Counted from the first letter of the stretch, positions 19,491 to 34,689 are shown. The stretch is 64,000 nt of DNA from the human T2T-CHM13v2.0 reference genome, Homo sapiens (GCF_009914755.1 NC_060940.1); one strand, 5' to 3'. The notes: a model not told the origin generated them from the sequence alone. Made by a program: numbers and translations.

Positions 19491-20269
19491 AAAGAGAAGA
19501 CACAAATATGGATTATACAATGGGAAATCTCCTAATTAGGAAGGAAACAAAACACTGTGTCCACTAAACAAGTCTATAGGTTGGACTTCCCTGCAGGTCA
19601 TTGGTTTAATGGGTGTGTGTGTCTCTTTCTCAATCTCTCTCTCTCTTTTAGATCTCTTTTGTAGGGTTCCTGTTATGGCCAGGATACAGGGGTTTTGTGA
19701 GGTCTAAGGCAAGATCCCTCAGTTTCAGAGGCTCAGAACTGGGTTTGTCGGGAGGCGGAGATGGAACAGGAAGGTAGGCAAGCTGTCAGCCTGTTTCGGG
19801 ACATGATGATCTGGAAAATGCCTCGGAACAGTCTTCCCCACACCACCCCAGGGCAATCTCACCCATAATTGGCATAACTGATTTTCCTGCAGATGAGAAG
19901 AGGCTAGACGAGGTCCAGACAGCTCCCCATCACACCCCGGCGTTAGGAGCACGCCTTTCTCCTCTTCCTTTATCGGATCAAAGTCTTCCATCAAGCTGTC
20001 TGGTTCTGTCTTATTCAATTAAACTTTTTAATCCAATTTGACCCATGCATTCATCTTCTTTGAAATCTGAGAGACGACAGCATCCGCTACAAATTGAGAG
20101 TAAATGGCCGAATTAGCTTTCAGAGAGGATCCAACGAGACTGTTTCTTCCCAGGGACCAACAGGCTCTTTGGAGCAGCTGGATCATAGAGGAACGTGGCT
20201 GGGGGCGTGGACGGAGGACAGTGGGGTTGTAATCTCCCTTCACTTTGAGACCCTTGGACAGATGGCATG

Positions 20270-20510
20270 GCACAGCCACTGACAGCACAGACTCTGGAGC
20301 CAGAGAGTCTGGGGTCAGATCCAACTGGGTCATGCCAGGCAAGTGCCTGAAATTCCATGCCTCGGTTTCCCCATATGTAAGATGAGGGTGATAACAACAA
20401 TACCGACCTCTGAGGGCTATTGACAGGATTAAATTCATCCACATGTCTATGTAAAACACACAGAATAGCACTTGACACGTGATAGCGGCTATATGTAAGT
20501 GTTAGTTGGT
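20270..20510 (+). mobile_element. MIR SINE
   Basis: gcacagactctggagccaga...cctcggtttccccatatgtaagatg. Confidence 0.85.
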
Positions 20511-20832
20511 ACCATAATTCCTCTGGAGAGTTAGTTCAGCATTTCTGCATGGTGTGGTGGAGTCACACCACATGCCCATTTAACTTAGTGGGGGTTATAC
20601 CATGCACGCTTGGGTAATATATCATCACCCAGCCAAGCAATCAAACCAAACAACCCTCCAATAGGTATTTTTTAGGTTGTTTAACTGAAGGATCGACATT
20701 CCGTTTTGCTGCTGGAGAAAAAACCTGGCTGGCAGGGGTAGTTACGAAATATTCAGAACCATGCTTACTTTATTGATGAAATAAGGGATTTTTTCAAGGT
20801 GAATTTTGGACCGTTTGGCGGGTTTGCCTGAA

Positions 20833-21132
<300 letters not shown>

Positions 21133-21239
21133 TGAATTCTTGATTTTGCAATTTTTCTAAAGAATTTGGACTCTACCATGTCCTATTTGATCCTTGTCCA
21201 ACCTGGTGAGATAGGCGAAGTGTGTTAAAATAACCAGAT

Positions 21240-21490
21240 AGCAGAGCGTGGTAGTTCGGACTGGGAACTTGGGAGTCAGACTGCCTGGGTTCAAATCCCA
21301 ACTCTGCCACTTACTCTTGGACATTCTATAGACAAATCAACCTCTATGTGTCTTCATTTTCTTATCTGTAAGTAGAGATGATGATTAGCACAATAATAAA
21401 ATAATAGTACTACCTAGAGCTGTCTCAAGATTAAATGGGTTAGTACACATGAAGTGCTTGGAACAGTACCTAATACATGTTAGTCAAAAG
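21240..21490 (+). mobile_element. MIR SINE
   Basis: agtcagactgcctgggttcaaatcccaactctgccacttact. Confidence 0.88.
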
Positions 21491-21820
21491 TGATAGCAAC
21501 AGTCATAAAACAACGACTAGTGCCAAGCCCTGGGCGATGCATTTGGTATGTATTACTGCATTTGAACCTGGTAAGAGCCCTTTTTGAAGAGGTGACAGGA
21601 TTTGCCGAAGTCCCACAGTCACGACCTCAGCTCCGCAGCTCATGTGTGCCTTTAGCCCTTGGTGGGACCCTGCGAAAGAGTATAAACGGTGCAAACCTTT
21701 AAGGTTGTACGCCAGAACTTCAGTTTATTGAGTACCTACTGTGTGCAGGACATTTTGTTAAGTGCATTATCTCATTTAATCTTCACTGTGACTCTATGAG
21801 GTAGGTGCTCTCACTAGCCC

Positions 21821-22152
21821 CATTTTCTTTTCTTTCTTTCTTTCTTTCTTTTTTCTTTTTTTTTTAAGACAGAATCTCGCTCTGTCACCCAGGTTGGAGT
21901 GCAGTGGGGCTATCAGAGCTCACTGCAGCCTCTACCTCCTGGGCCCAAGAGCTACTACTGCCTCAGCCTTGTGAGTAGCTAGGAATATAGCAAATGCTAC
22001 CACACCCAGCTAATTATTATTATTATTTTTTTTTGTAGAGATGAGGTCTTGCTCTGTTGCCCAGGCTGGTCTCAAACTCCTGGACTCAAGTGGTCCTCCT
22101 GCCTCAGCCTCCCAAAGCGCTGGGATTAAAGTGCGAGCCACTGCACTTGGTC
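21821..22152 (-). mobile_element. AluJ inside a MIR (21720-22185)
   Basis: Full reverse Alu; MIR core split across it. Confidence 0.9.
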
Positions 22153-22997
22153 CTACTTTCATAGAGAGAAACTGAGGCACAGGGGCCTGTGTCTTTTTCA
22201 TTTCTGAGGTCTTAGTACCCATGCTGGGTCGGTTGGGTGTAACTGTTTGCTGAATGAGAGGTTGACTTCAGCTTCTGGGATTCACTTGTGGTCTGTTTCA
22301 TCCATCATAAGAAATGGGGAAGGGAGCAAGAGCTGAGTGGGGTTTTGAGAGGAATGCACAGTGAGCGCCCGGGGCAGAGAGCCCTCTGGAAATGCCAGCT
22401 GGGAACACTGAGATGCCTTGCCTTGCTGTCTGTGAGTGTTTATAGGGAGCTGTCTGACAAATCTAGCCCGGTAGCCACTGTGGTGACTTATGAAGCTCAA
22501 CCAAAGGTGTGTGATCAACTCTGAGCACAGTTGGAGGAGGTCTGGGGTGTCTTCCCTGACCTGGGGAGGTTTGGCTTCATGTAGGGTCATGTGTGCGCAT
22601 GCATGTGGGGAGGGGTACAGCAGGAGATAGTTTGTGTGGTCACAGATAAAGGTGCTTATGACCTTTGTGTGACTTTCACCTTGGCATAGGGAAGAGATTC
22701 TCTGTGAAGCATCTGTTGAGTTTAAATGTCACTCTGGTGTGGGGGGTTACGGAAAAGGCAGAATCTAAACTGGGTACAAATCTGTCCAAGTCACTTTGGG
22801 TAAGTTACTCAACCTCTCTCTGCTTCAATTTTCTCATCTACACAAGGGGAATAATATTCTCACTCTCACTATCATAATGCCTAGAACAAGTGGGTGTCCC
22901 GTAACTTGCTGCTTCCACCCCTCCGAAGTGGATTATTTCTGCAGGAATCAGGAGAACCCACATATGCCTTGGAGGCAGTCTGGGCTTGCTCATTTTC

Positions 22998-23437
<440 letters not shown>

Positions 23438-23890
23438 GGCTTGCTCATTTTCAAACCCTTTTAGGCCTCAGTTGCATTACCTGTAAAATGGGAATGACAG
23501 CAACTAGCCTGGTAGTGTGGTGATCACCAAAGGAAAGAATGAATGTAACATGTTTGGCCATGGTAACCATTCATGTTAGTTTTCTTTTCTTGTTCCTTTT
23601 CTCCATTCATTTCTTCGAAGCTGGGTTTCCTGACCCAGGAGAATATGGACAGGATTTGTGGGGGTGGGACTGGGAGATCTCAGAGCTTTCTATGGTACCT
23701 TTTGTATCCTTTGATAGGTTTGACTCTTGTAACAGCTCCAGGAGGTAGGGTAGGTGTCATCTCCATGTAATGAATAAGAAAAGCAAGGCCCAAAGGGATC
23801 AAGAAACTTACCAAGGAGTGTCCAGCAATGAGGGTGGAGCCGTGCCTAGACCCCAAGCCTCCTACCTCCCACCTATTGTTCTTTATATAG

Positions 23891-24104
23891 CAGTGGTTCT
23901 CGACTGGAAATGTCCACCCAAGGGGACATTTTGGCCATGTCTGGAGACATTTTTGGATGCCACAATTTGGGGTAGGTGTGCTACCAGCATCTAGTGGGTA
24001 GAGGACAGAGGTGCTGCTAAATGCCCTACAGTGCACCAAACAGCTCCTAAAACAAAAATTGGTCCAGCCCTAAGTGTCATTGATGCCGTGGTTGAGAGAT
24101 CCTG
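23891..24104 (+). mobile_element. MER20 hAT-Charlie MITE
   Basis: cagtggttctc...ggggacattttggccatgtctggagacatttttgg...catctagtgggtagagg...gttgagagatcctg. Confidence 0.92.
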
Positions 24105-24149
24105 TTCTATACTCGCTTCTTAACTTTATACTGATTATTCTAAAATAAT

Positions 24150-24400
24150 AATGCCTGACATTTTTAAATCATTTACCACGTTCCAGCCGCTGTTTGAACA
24201 TTTACACCTGTACTTGTATAAACCCGTTTCATCCTCAAACAATCTCAGAAGTAGGTCATAGACTATCCCTATTTGATAGTTGAGGAAACTGTGGTACAGA
24301 GAAGTTAAGTACCTTGTCTAAGGTCACACAGTTAGTAAGAGTTCGTATCTGAACCCAGGCAGTCTTGCTCCGGAACCCAAACCCTTAATCTCTCTATTTT
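24150..24400 (-). mobile_element. MIR SINE
   Basis: tgaggaaactgtggtacagagaagttaagtaccttgtctaaggtcacacag. Confidence 0.85.
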
Positions 24401-26869
24401 GCTGATAACAGAGAAGGAAGGGAATTGGTTATGAATGAATTCAGAAATAAGCCCATCTCCTTTCTCAGAGGATCAGAAAATGTAGTGCAGGCAGTATTTG
24501 CTGTTTCGTCTGCCCAGTACTCCTCCCTTCTTCTGGGAATGCTTCATTTTTCTCCCACCTCCAGTCGCTGCCAACCTTCCTTTGTTGAACTGCGTTTGCT
24601 ATTCTTCCCTATTCCATTCCCACCTGAGGATTCTTGTGGGGATTGTCAATTTCAGGTTTCACCCTCGTAGCCATAGTTGATTGGCCCAAGGGTGAGCACA
24701 TGACCTCCCATTGGACCAATCAGAAGCTTTCTCTGGGATTCTTTTTGAAGGAGAGGTGGGAATGCAGCGGCAGTCTCTTTTTGTGATTGATAGTGCAGAG
24801 TGTGTGTTAGAAACAGGCCCAGAGAAGCAGGAATGCGAGAGTTAGGACAGAGACCCCAGAAAGTATTAGAATGTCCAAGTTTGGTTGTCCCCAGATACTA
24901 CCCTACCTTTCCCAAGATTGATGAAAGCTTCCATTATATCCTATTTTGATACATAGTCTGTAATTTCTTCCTGTTTGATTTCGAGATCTTCTCTGTATTT
25001 AGCACGATGTGTCTGGGTGTGAATTTAATTTTTTTTATCCTGCTCAGGACTTGACTGTGACATGTTTTTCAAGGATTAGGAAAGTCTCAGCCATTTTGTC
25101 TCCAAAAACTGGTTCTTTTCAACTGTTTTCTCTAGTCTCTCCTCTTTTGTATTCCTGTTAGATTTTGAAGTATCTCATCTACCTACCTACCTACCTACTT
25201 ACCTATTTATCCATCCACCTGTCACATTTCTATCTCTTTATCTCCCTGAGCAGAAGGCTCTCAAGTGAAGAGATGGATACAGAGATTGGATATAATGTCT
25301 CACTTGGCTCATTTTCTTTCACAATATTGTGGCAGCTTCTCTCTTCGTAGCTATGAGTTTTCTATAATGGAAGATTTATTGCCTTCACTTGGTGTCGACC
25401 TCAGGGCCTGGTTATGGTGGGTGGTGTGGCAGGTCATCACCTTGTGGAGGGTTTGGGATGATGGAGGACTTGGGATAATGGAGCCTCTCGAAGGCTTTGG
25501 TTGGAGATGCCATTATCCAACTTTGCTGAACACTTATACCTCCTGTTTTCTAGTGAATTGCCCCCGTATGGTTTGCTGCCTTATATGTTTGTATATATAT
25601 ATCCTGCCCATAATTACCTTGCAAGGTTTTTGGTTCTTCTTCTCCCTTTGGTTTCCTCCATAGTGCCTGGGTGCTGGGGGGCATTTGGAATATAGCCAGG
25701 ACATGTCCTTTCCTGATCATGGGGGTTGTGGGGAGGTGGTTGATCCAGCCGGTGTGGGATTTTGAGGGGCCACTCTCCTTTTTGAGAGGCTAACCAGAAC
25801 ACAATTTGCAAGGTTTCCATGACATTTAGCAAACTTGAGGTTATTGGCAATCCTCGCGAAGAGCTGTTTTAGAGACTGCAGCAGGATTGCAGGGACTGAG
25901 AAGTGAAAAAGATAGAGAAAGTACAAATACATTAGGCTCCTTTCTCTGAGAAGCTTGGTTGCAAAGGGGCAGTGCATTTTGTGGTTTAAGTTGCATTTCG
26001 TTAACCGTGAATGAAGTAAACCCTTTCCACATTTTGTTAGTCATTTGGATATTCCAGATGTTGTAGTTTAAAGTAGAATGTGCAGCGAGAGCCTTACTGA
26101 GAAAGGGACATTTGAGCAAAACTTTGAAGGAAGTGAGGGAGATGATTCGGGACAAAGGAAGGATAGAGTGAGGGGAGTCAGGATCTGGGGCACACAGGGG
26201 ACTCTGTTCTATATGGGAGGAGGCTCTGGGCACAAGATAGGGATCAGCTTGTTAAATTCTCACAAACACTGGACTGAGAGGAACATGGAGCTCAGAGAGT
26301 TTAATCGACTTGACTGAAATCACACAGCTAGCAGGTGATGGAGCTGGGATTTGAACCCAGTGCCATGACGATTGAGCCTTGGCTCTTTACTCCAGGAAGT
26401 GTGGGGGAGACCACTCAGTCAGTTTCACAAGAGCCCCATTCCTATCAACAGCAATGCTCATGAATGCACTCCAACTGAGAGCTGTGCTGAATGGAATTCT
26501 AAGGACAATAAGAGCAGGAGCCCAAAGGACCATTTGTGCCAATAAATTGATTTCTTTATGTCCTCATGCTGCTAGCTTACAAGAAATGAGCCAGGCCTGC
26601 TGCTGCCCAGGGAGTCCCTGGGGAGTTTTTTTGGAAGCCCCTGTTGCCAAGGCAACCCAGGATCCCTCTGGAAGTGTGTTGTCCTGCATGTGTTCCTGTC
26701 TGTCCCCTCCCAGCTGGTTGTCTGGACCTCAGCCAGCCTTTCCTGGTCACTGTCCAGCAAAAGCAGGAGGTGGGTTGCGGCAGGAGAATTCAGGGGATAC
26801 CCTGCCCCCGACCCTGTGACAGATGCTCATTTCTTTATTCCAAACCCTGTCTCACCCAGACTTAAGGAT

Positions 26870-27222
26870 GGAGTCCTTGCAGAGCCCCCCAAGGCCTGCA
26901 CGATCTTATCACCCTTCTGTCACTCCAGCCCAGCCTCCTTGCTGGTCTTCATCACTCCAACCCTACTCCTACCCCAGGGCTTTTGCACTTGCTGTTCCTT
27001 CTGCTTGGAAGGCTCTGCTTCCAGATTTTGGCTAGGTGTATGTCATTACATCCTTCTACCATTTGCTGAAATACTACCTTCTCAGTCAGGACTTCACTGA
27101 CTGTTTTATTCAGAATATATCCCCATATTCCCTGTCTTTATTTCCTGCTATGTATTTTTCCTTATATATACTATAACACACAATATGGTTTGCTTTTTTT
27201 TCTTGCGTACTGTCTTGCTCCC
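26870..27222. mobile_element. L2 3' region (continues at ~28750-28775)
   Basis: cactccagcc...cagggcttttgcacttgctgttccttctgcttggaa; ctaggatgtaagctcc. Confidence 0.8.
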
Positions 27223-27549
27223 TGTGGCAGGTAGCCTCTATCATGGCCCCTGGTAATTTCCACCTCCCGTTATTCATGCTGTTATGAAATCCCCTTTCAC
27301 TGAGCAAATTGCTTCTAGCCAACAGAATATGACAACATTGATGGGAGGTCACTTCTGTGGTTAGATTTTGCCTCTGTCTTGCAAGACAACTCTCTCTGTT
27401 GCCTTCCTGGCTGGCACACTTTAATGAAGCAAGCAGCCATATGGAGAGACTCATGTGGCAAGGAATTGAGAGAGGCCTCTGGCGCATACCCAGGAAGGGA
27501 CTTAGGTTCTGAGTTCAACAACCTTTGAGGAACTGAATCCTGCCAATAA

Positions 27550-27873
<324 letters not shown>

Positions 27874-27883
27874 TGGAGCCTTC

Positions 27884-28534
27884 ATTTTTATGGCTGCATA
27901 GGATTCCATGGAATTCATTTGCTTTATCCAGTCTATCATTGATGGGCATTTGGATTGACTCCATGTCTTTGCTATTGTGAATAATGCTGCAGTGAACGTA
28001 TGTGTGCATATATCTTTATAATATAATTATTTATATTCCTTGGAGTATATACCCAGTGATGGGATTGCTGGATCAAATGGTATTTCTGCTTTTAGATCTT
28101 TGAGGAATCACCACACTGTCTTCCACAATGGCTGAACTAATTTACACTCCCACCAACAGTGTGAAAGTATTCCTTTTCTCTACAACCTCACCAGCATCTG
28201 TTGTTTCTTGACATGGATGGAGCTGAGAGCTGTTATCCTCAGCAAACTAATGCAGGAACAGAAAACCAAACAGTGCATGTTCTCACTTATGAAATGGGAG
28301 CTGAATGGTGGAAACACAAGGACACATGGTGGGAGCAACACACAGTGGGGCCCGTTGGCAGGGTATGGGGAGAAAGAGCATCAGGAAGAATAGCTAATGG
28401 ATGCTGGACTTAATACCTAGGTGATGGGTTAATCTGTGCAGCAGACCAGCATAGCACATGTTTACCTATGTAACAAACCTGCACATCCTGCACATGTACT
28501 CTGGAACTTAAAATAAAAGTTGAAAAACAAAAAA
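27884..28534 (+). mobile_element. 5'-inverted L1 (L1PA13-like): 27884-28212 reverse, 28211-28534 forward
   Basis: Adjacent L1 3' segments in opposite orientation; A tail; TSD at 27561-27576 and 28535-28550. Confidence 0.9.
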
Positions 28535-29239
28535 AGAAGTGGTGCCTTCCCTGATCGAGCCTTCAGATGCAACCCCAGGTTCAGTTGGCACCTTGATTGT
28601 AGCTTGGGAGAGACCTGTGAGCAGAGCACCTAGCTAAGCCAGGCCCAGATCCCTGAGTCACAGAAACTACAACATAATAACTATGGGATGTTTGAAGCTG
28701 CTGAGTTTTGTGGTAATTTGTTGCATGGTGATAGATAACAAATACATTCCCCTCCTAGGATGTAAGCTCCACACTCTTGTTAAGGTTGCCAGTGATCCCA
28801 GTTGCTGAAATGCAGCAGACACTTTTCATTCTATAATCTGCTTGATCTTGCATGAAAAACCTGCCGCACCAGCTCTGGGCCCTTGGGTGTCCACCTGCCT
28901 GGCTGGCCACCTGCCTTCAGTGAGCAGGGACCTTGCTTCCTGAGAGACCAACTGATTCGTTTGGAGGAAGACTTTGAAGACATTGCTCAGTTGGGCCACT
29001 GGGGACTGTCCAAGGGAGGGGGAAAGGGAACCAGAGAAGGAAGGAGAACATGTTACCTTCCTTAAGAAAATAAAGTCCAGACCCCCTCACTGGAGAGAGT
29101 GTCTCTGTGCGGAAAGAATCAGCCTTTGCTGTCTCCAGTGCTTGTCCTTAGAGGTTCATCTTCCTCTTGGTGGCTTCTGGAGGCATTGCTGGATTCAAGG
29201 GTGACAGCCTCCCTTTAGTCTTAGATTCTATTCTTTTGT

Positions 29240-29430
29240 TTTGCTTTTTAAAACAATAGCTTTATTGAGGCATCAATTTATATGATTTATATGCCATAAA
29301 GTTCACCACTCTAAGTGTACAATTCAGTGATTTTTAATAAATTTACAGACCTGAAAATCATCATCACCGTTCAGTTTTAGATCATTTTCAGCATTCCAAA
29401 AAGGTTCCTCATGCCCATTTACAGTTATTC
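29240..29430 (-). mobile_element. Old L1M 3' end
   Basis: agctttattgagg...aagtgtacaattcagtgatttt. Confidence 0.75.
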
Positions 29431-29777
29431 TTAGGATAATAATCCCTGCCTCATGGGGTTATTGTGAGGATTGAGGTGTATGAAAGGAATGTGGCTTGCC
29501 AGATGGCTGATAAACTGGACATGTACTCTGGTCTTTGGAGCCAAACAGATTTGGATTTGAATCAAACTCTGCCATTTTCTAGCTCTGTGGCCCTTCCGTA
29601 GCCTCTTCGCCTCTCTGTGCTTTTGTTTTCTCATTTATAAAATGAGAATAAGAGGATCTACTAGATCACAAGTAAGATGTGAGGTAAAACAAGATGACAC
29701 AGTTTGCCCCCAAGTTACCTGGTCAGCGGCATCACTTGGCTCTTTAACCAAATGCAATTTCTCAGCTTCATCTCTGA

Positions 29778-30270
<493 letters not shown>

Positions 30271-31110
30271 CTATTTATTTATTTATTTATTTATTTATTG
30301 CCTTGCACAGAACCTGGCTGTGGTGAGGCCCCCACACCATCACGTGTGGACAGGGTGCCCTTGCCACCAGCTCCTCTCATGTTCCTACCTTCTTTCTGCC
30401 TCCTTCCATAGCAGCTGAGCAGAGGAGCGGCCTTCTATGCCAGGCCATCCATCAGCTCAGGTCGAGTGCTGCTGAAAGGTTCACTCTCAAAGCAAAGTGC
30501 TTTCTCTGCTAAACGCATTATTTCTTCCAATAGAGCCAGGAAAGGATATCATCTTTAAAACCCACTCAGGCCCAGCCAGCAATGTTTTGCAGCACTGTTG
30601 CTTTTGGAGAGCAAAGGCATAATCGCTGCCTCCTGGATCAGCCAGGGTCCAAGAAAATAAAAAGACTCTAAGTTTTAAAAACTGAGGGAATGCAGATACT
30701 CAGGGGATAGGTAATGCAGAGGAGGGAAGAGCCAGGGTAGCCAAGCAGGAAGCCATCACCATCGGTAGGGCTGGAAGGGCAAAGGAAGGTAGTAGAAGCA
30801 GACCCCAGGGCTTGGTGTCTTCCAAAAGAAGCTGGTATCATGGGGGTTTGTCTGATGGGGACTGGAGGCTCGGAGAAGAAAAATGAACTGCTGGAGAAGC
30901 AGCCCAAACCTCCGGTGTGGAAGGAAACGTCCTTGCTTTGTTTTTTCTCCTGTCTGTGATCTGCCAACGATTGCCAGACACACACTGACTCAGGACCCTG
31001 GGGAACACAGGCTGCGGGGGTAGCATCCGTGTGAGCAGTGGTAGGGGTAGGAGTCTCTGAGAGCAAACAGGCCTAGAGCCAGCACACCTCATCCCCAAAA
31101 TATCCTAGCA

Positions 31111-31690
31111 CAGGAGTAGGTAAACTACAGCCCAAAGGCCAAATCCAGCCCACTACCTGTTTTTGTAAATAAAGTTTTATTGGCACCCAGTCAATGTGTA
31201 TGTATTGTCCATCGTTGGCTGCATGTGCATGCCAACAGCAGAGTTGAGTAGTTGCAATAGATACCATGTGGTCTGCAAAGTCTAAAATATTTACTGTCCG
31301 GTTGTATTAGTCCATTCTCCCGCTGCTGTAAGGACATATCCGAGACTGGGTAATTTATAAAGGAAAGAGTTTTAATTGACCCACATTTCCACAGGGCTGA
31401 GGAGGCCTCAGGAAACTTACAATCATGTCAGAAGGGGAAGCATGGTGGCAGGGAGGAGAAGAATGAGTGAAGGTGGCGGAAAGCCCCTTGTAAAACCATC
31501 AGATCTCATGAGAACTCATTATCAGGAGAACTGCATGGAGGTAACCGCCCCCATGATTCAATTACCTCCCACCGGGTCCCTTCCATGATACGTGGGGATT
31601 ATGGGAACTACAATTCAAAATGAGATGTGGGTGGGGACACAGCCAAACCACATCACTGGTCCTTTTACAGGAAACGTTCGCCAACCCCTG
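31111..31690 (+). mobile_element. MER58A MITE interrupted by THE1
   Basis: aaactacagcccaaaggccaaatccagccc...tttttgtaaataaagttttattgg...gccaacccctg. Confidence 0.9.
31303..31655 (-). mobile_element. THE1 (B/C-like) solo LTR
   Basis: tgtattagtcc...acatca; TSD ccggt/ctggt. Confidence 0.93.
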
Positions 31691-32594
31691 CTCTAGAAAC
31701 AGGTATCTATGGGGGAAAAATGCCTCCCATGGAGAGTGTCTTCTAGGAGCTATCAGGTTTTTCTGCCTGGGGTTCTTGGGCGAGGGCAGAGAGGGGATAA
31801 ATTACACCGTGGGAGTTCTGGGAGAATCTCTCCGTCTTTTGCTGGCCCTGGCCATAGAAATGAGTTGATTGGAAGGAGTTTGATTTTTCTAGCTAGACCG
31901 AGATCTCCATGAGGGTAGGAGAATTAGCAGTGGTTGAATTCTCCATTTGTGATCCCAGGGAAGCAGTACGAAATGTTCCCCTCATGAACCATCTGGGAGC
32001 TGCTGATTTTAATTATAGGAGGTCCTTGTTATCCAAAGACAATTTATGTTAGGGTCAGCTCACTAAAAGTGAATCTTGTTTAAAAGGGGACCAACATTTC
32101 ATTGTAGACAGTGGGGGAAAATAAGGAAAAATATAAAAGAGAGAGTTATGAAATTGGAAAAGCTAAGTTTTATATTAAGTTTGATGTACTAAATATAATT
32201 TTGGTTATACTAACAACTCTGCACTAAATCTTAGGACAAACAAAAAATGAGCCACTTTTTTTAACACATAGTTTTCTACCAAAGTTAAGTGACAGCATGA
32301 TGTGACAGCCTTCACTTCATGTTTGACTGACAACACCATCATAAATAACTTTCCTTTGTGTGCTAAGTTTGAGAGCTTCACCAAATTTCCCAAGGCTCTC
32401 TCAATCCATAAATATTAAAATCTAAGTTTTGGTGCCCTGGAGCGAGTCTCAATCACCTCATCCAAGTTATAGCTCAGTCTGACACATGCTTGGTACTGAA
32501 CAGATATTTCAGAACAGAGTCAAATCTAGAAGGAACAGGAGACGCCAAGATTGGTACTAATTGATCAATCTTTTTGGATACTAAGAAGCATGAG

Positions 32595-33095
32595 TATATA
32601 GTTTGGTTGAAAGTAACAAAAAGCCAACTCAAAGTTGCCTAGGTCAATAGGGGATTTATTGGCCCATAGAATTCCAGTAAGGGTTGAACAGCAACATTGC
32701 AGGAAGGGCTGTGAGGCAGCTGGACCTGATGAATCATTGGAAGCAGGACCATTCTTCTCTTGTTTTTGCCCCTTTCCAAGTGTTAACTTCTCTCATGATG
32801 GATGAGTAACTCCCCATGGTAGAAAACATGGTGGCCATTGGTGTTGACTTTTTCAAATCATGGTCATACCAACCAGATGGAGGCCACCTACTGCTCTCTG
32901 TGGCCCAAAATAATAATAATAAAAAATCTTGACCTCTGATTGGCCTGGTTTGGGTCAAGTACCCATCCAAGAACCAATCAATTGTGCCTTGAGGTCAAAG
33001 AAGAACTTGGCAGCTCTTAGAGAAATCTTATGGATGTATCTGGGAGAGGATAAATTCCCAGAAGAAGCAGGGAGACACAACATTAGATACCTGTA
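32595..33095 (-). mobile_element. Ancient ERVL/MaLR-type LTR
   Basis: gggatttattggc; tctgattggcctggtttgggtca...gaaccaatca. Confidence 0.55.
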
Positions 33096-33699
33096 CAATG
33101 GGTTTATCAGCTATGCTTTGTCCTGCTCCTCCTACCCAGACGTTGCAACACAGAGAGATGCTTGGACTCTCGTGAGGCACAGATTTTGGTGTAGTTGAAC
33201 AACAGAGGCAGTTTGTGCTCTACCCAGAACTCACTTTCTCATTTTTCAGCATTTTCTTCTCCAAGAAGCTGTCTCAGTGACCTCTAATCCAGAGAGAATT
33301 GTCTGCTCTTTTCTTTGTGCCTCAACATTTATCCTTATGTGCTTACATGTCATTTCCTCTACCCTGTGTACACTTCAGGGGTGAAGGTTATGCCCCCACA
33401 GTTGGGGTTGTGCACAGCTTATAGTAAACACTCAGTAATTGTTATCTTTGCTGATTGAAGGGGAGGCTTCCAGAGAGTGATCATCACATGAGGACAGCAC
33501 TTGGTGTTGCCAGTTGTGTGAGTTTTGGAAAAAGGAGGCAGCATAAAATAGAGGTTAGAAATCCAAACTTTGGAATCAGCAAATGTGGATTCCAGTTTTG
33601 GCTCTGTCACTTAGACAGAATGGCTGCATGACCTTGGGCAAGTTACTTAACCTCTCTGAGCCTCAGAAGTTAGAATGGGGGCGTAATAATAGTACATTC

Positions 33700-33981
33700 T
33701 TTTTTTTTTCTTTGAGACGGAGTCTCGCTCTGTCGCCCAGGCTGGAGTGCAGTGACACGATCTCTACCTCCTGGGTTCAAGCGGTTTTCCTGCCTCAGCC
33801 TCCTGAGTAGCTGGGATTACAGGTGTGTGTCACCACACCCAGCTAATTTTTGTATTTTTTTAGTAGAGATGTGGTTTCACCATGTTGGCCAGGCTGGTCT
33901 CGAACTCCTGAGCTCAACTGTTCGGCCTGCCTCGGCCTCCCAAAGTGCTGGGATTATGGGTGTGAGTCACCGTGCCTGGCC
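33700..33981 (-). mobile_element. Alu with small internal deletion, inside a MIR (33540-34060)
   Basis: TSD taatagtacattcttt. Confidence 0.93.
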
Positions 33982-34689
33982 TAATAGTACATTCTTTATG
34001 CAACATTTAGCACAATGCCACGCACATAGCAGGCACTCAACGGTAGCTGTAAGATGGTTAGCCTGTCCTCGTTTTTCTCTTCTGTGAAATGGGGGATGCT
34101 ACTGTCCAGTGAAATTGAGGCAATAAACCAGGAAAGGAAATTTTTCAGAAAAAACATTCTTCATAACCCCAAAGCTTACCTGTTGGGAATCTTAATGTTT
34201 TTTGGTACAGCAGCAGTTGAACACTGTTTCAGACAGTGGCTTAGTTGGATTTTACTTTATCCTCTTAGATTATTCTGATCTACATAGCAGGTGTATCTAG
34301 GGAGATCCCACTCATCCGATTAGAGCAAATATGCAACACATACTCACTAATCCAGCCCACTAAACAATAGATCCCAGTTCAAACTTCTAAAGCTGAAGCT
34401 TCCCTGGTGAATAATTTATTCAATTTTCCTTTCAAGCCCTTATTTGTTATTTCATTATGTTTAAGAGAGGGCAGATGCTTTACATAAAACTCGTGTCATA
34501 TCCATTTTAAGTTGTATTAATCAATGATCACAAGAGAAAACCATTCCCATCTTTGGAAGTGACAGTAATCATTGAAGTGAATGCTGTGGTTCCAGGGAGA
34601 TTGGGAGCCTCGACCTACCTGCAGTTAATACTGAGGTTAGAATGTCCGCGCCTTGTCATCCTCTCCTACTTCATAATCCTGGGCTCTAC

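Noticed and set aside
20545-20606. Imperfect hairpin (tgcatggtgtgg...accatgca)
   Set aside because: Stem is short and bulged, within chance expectation
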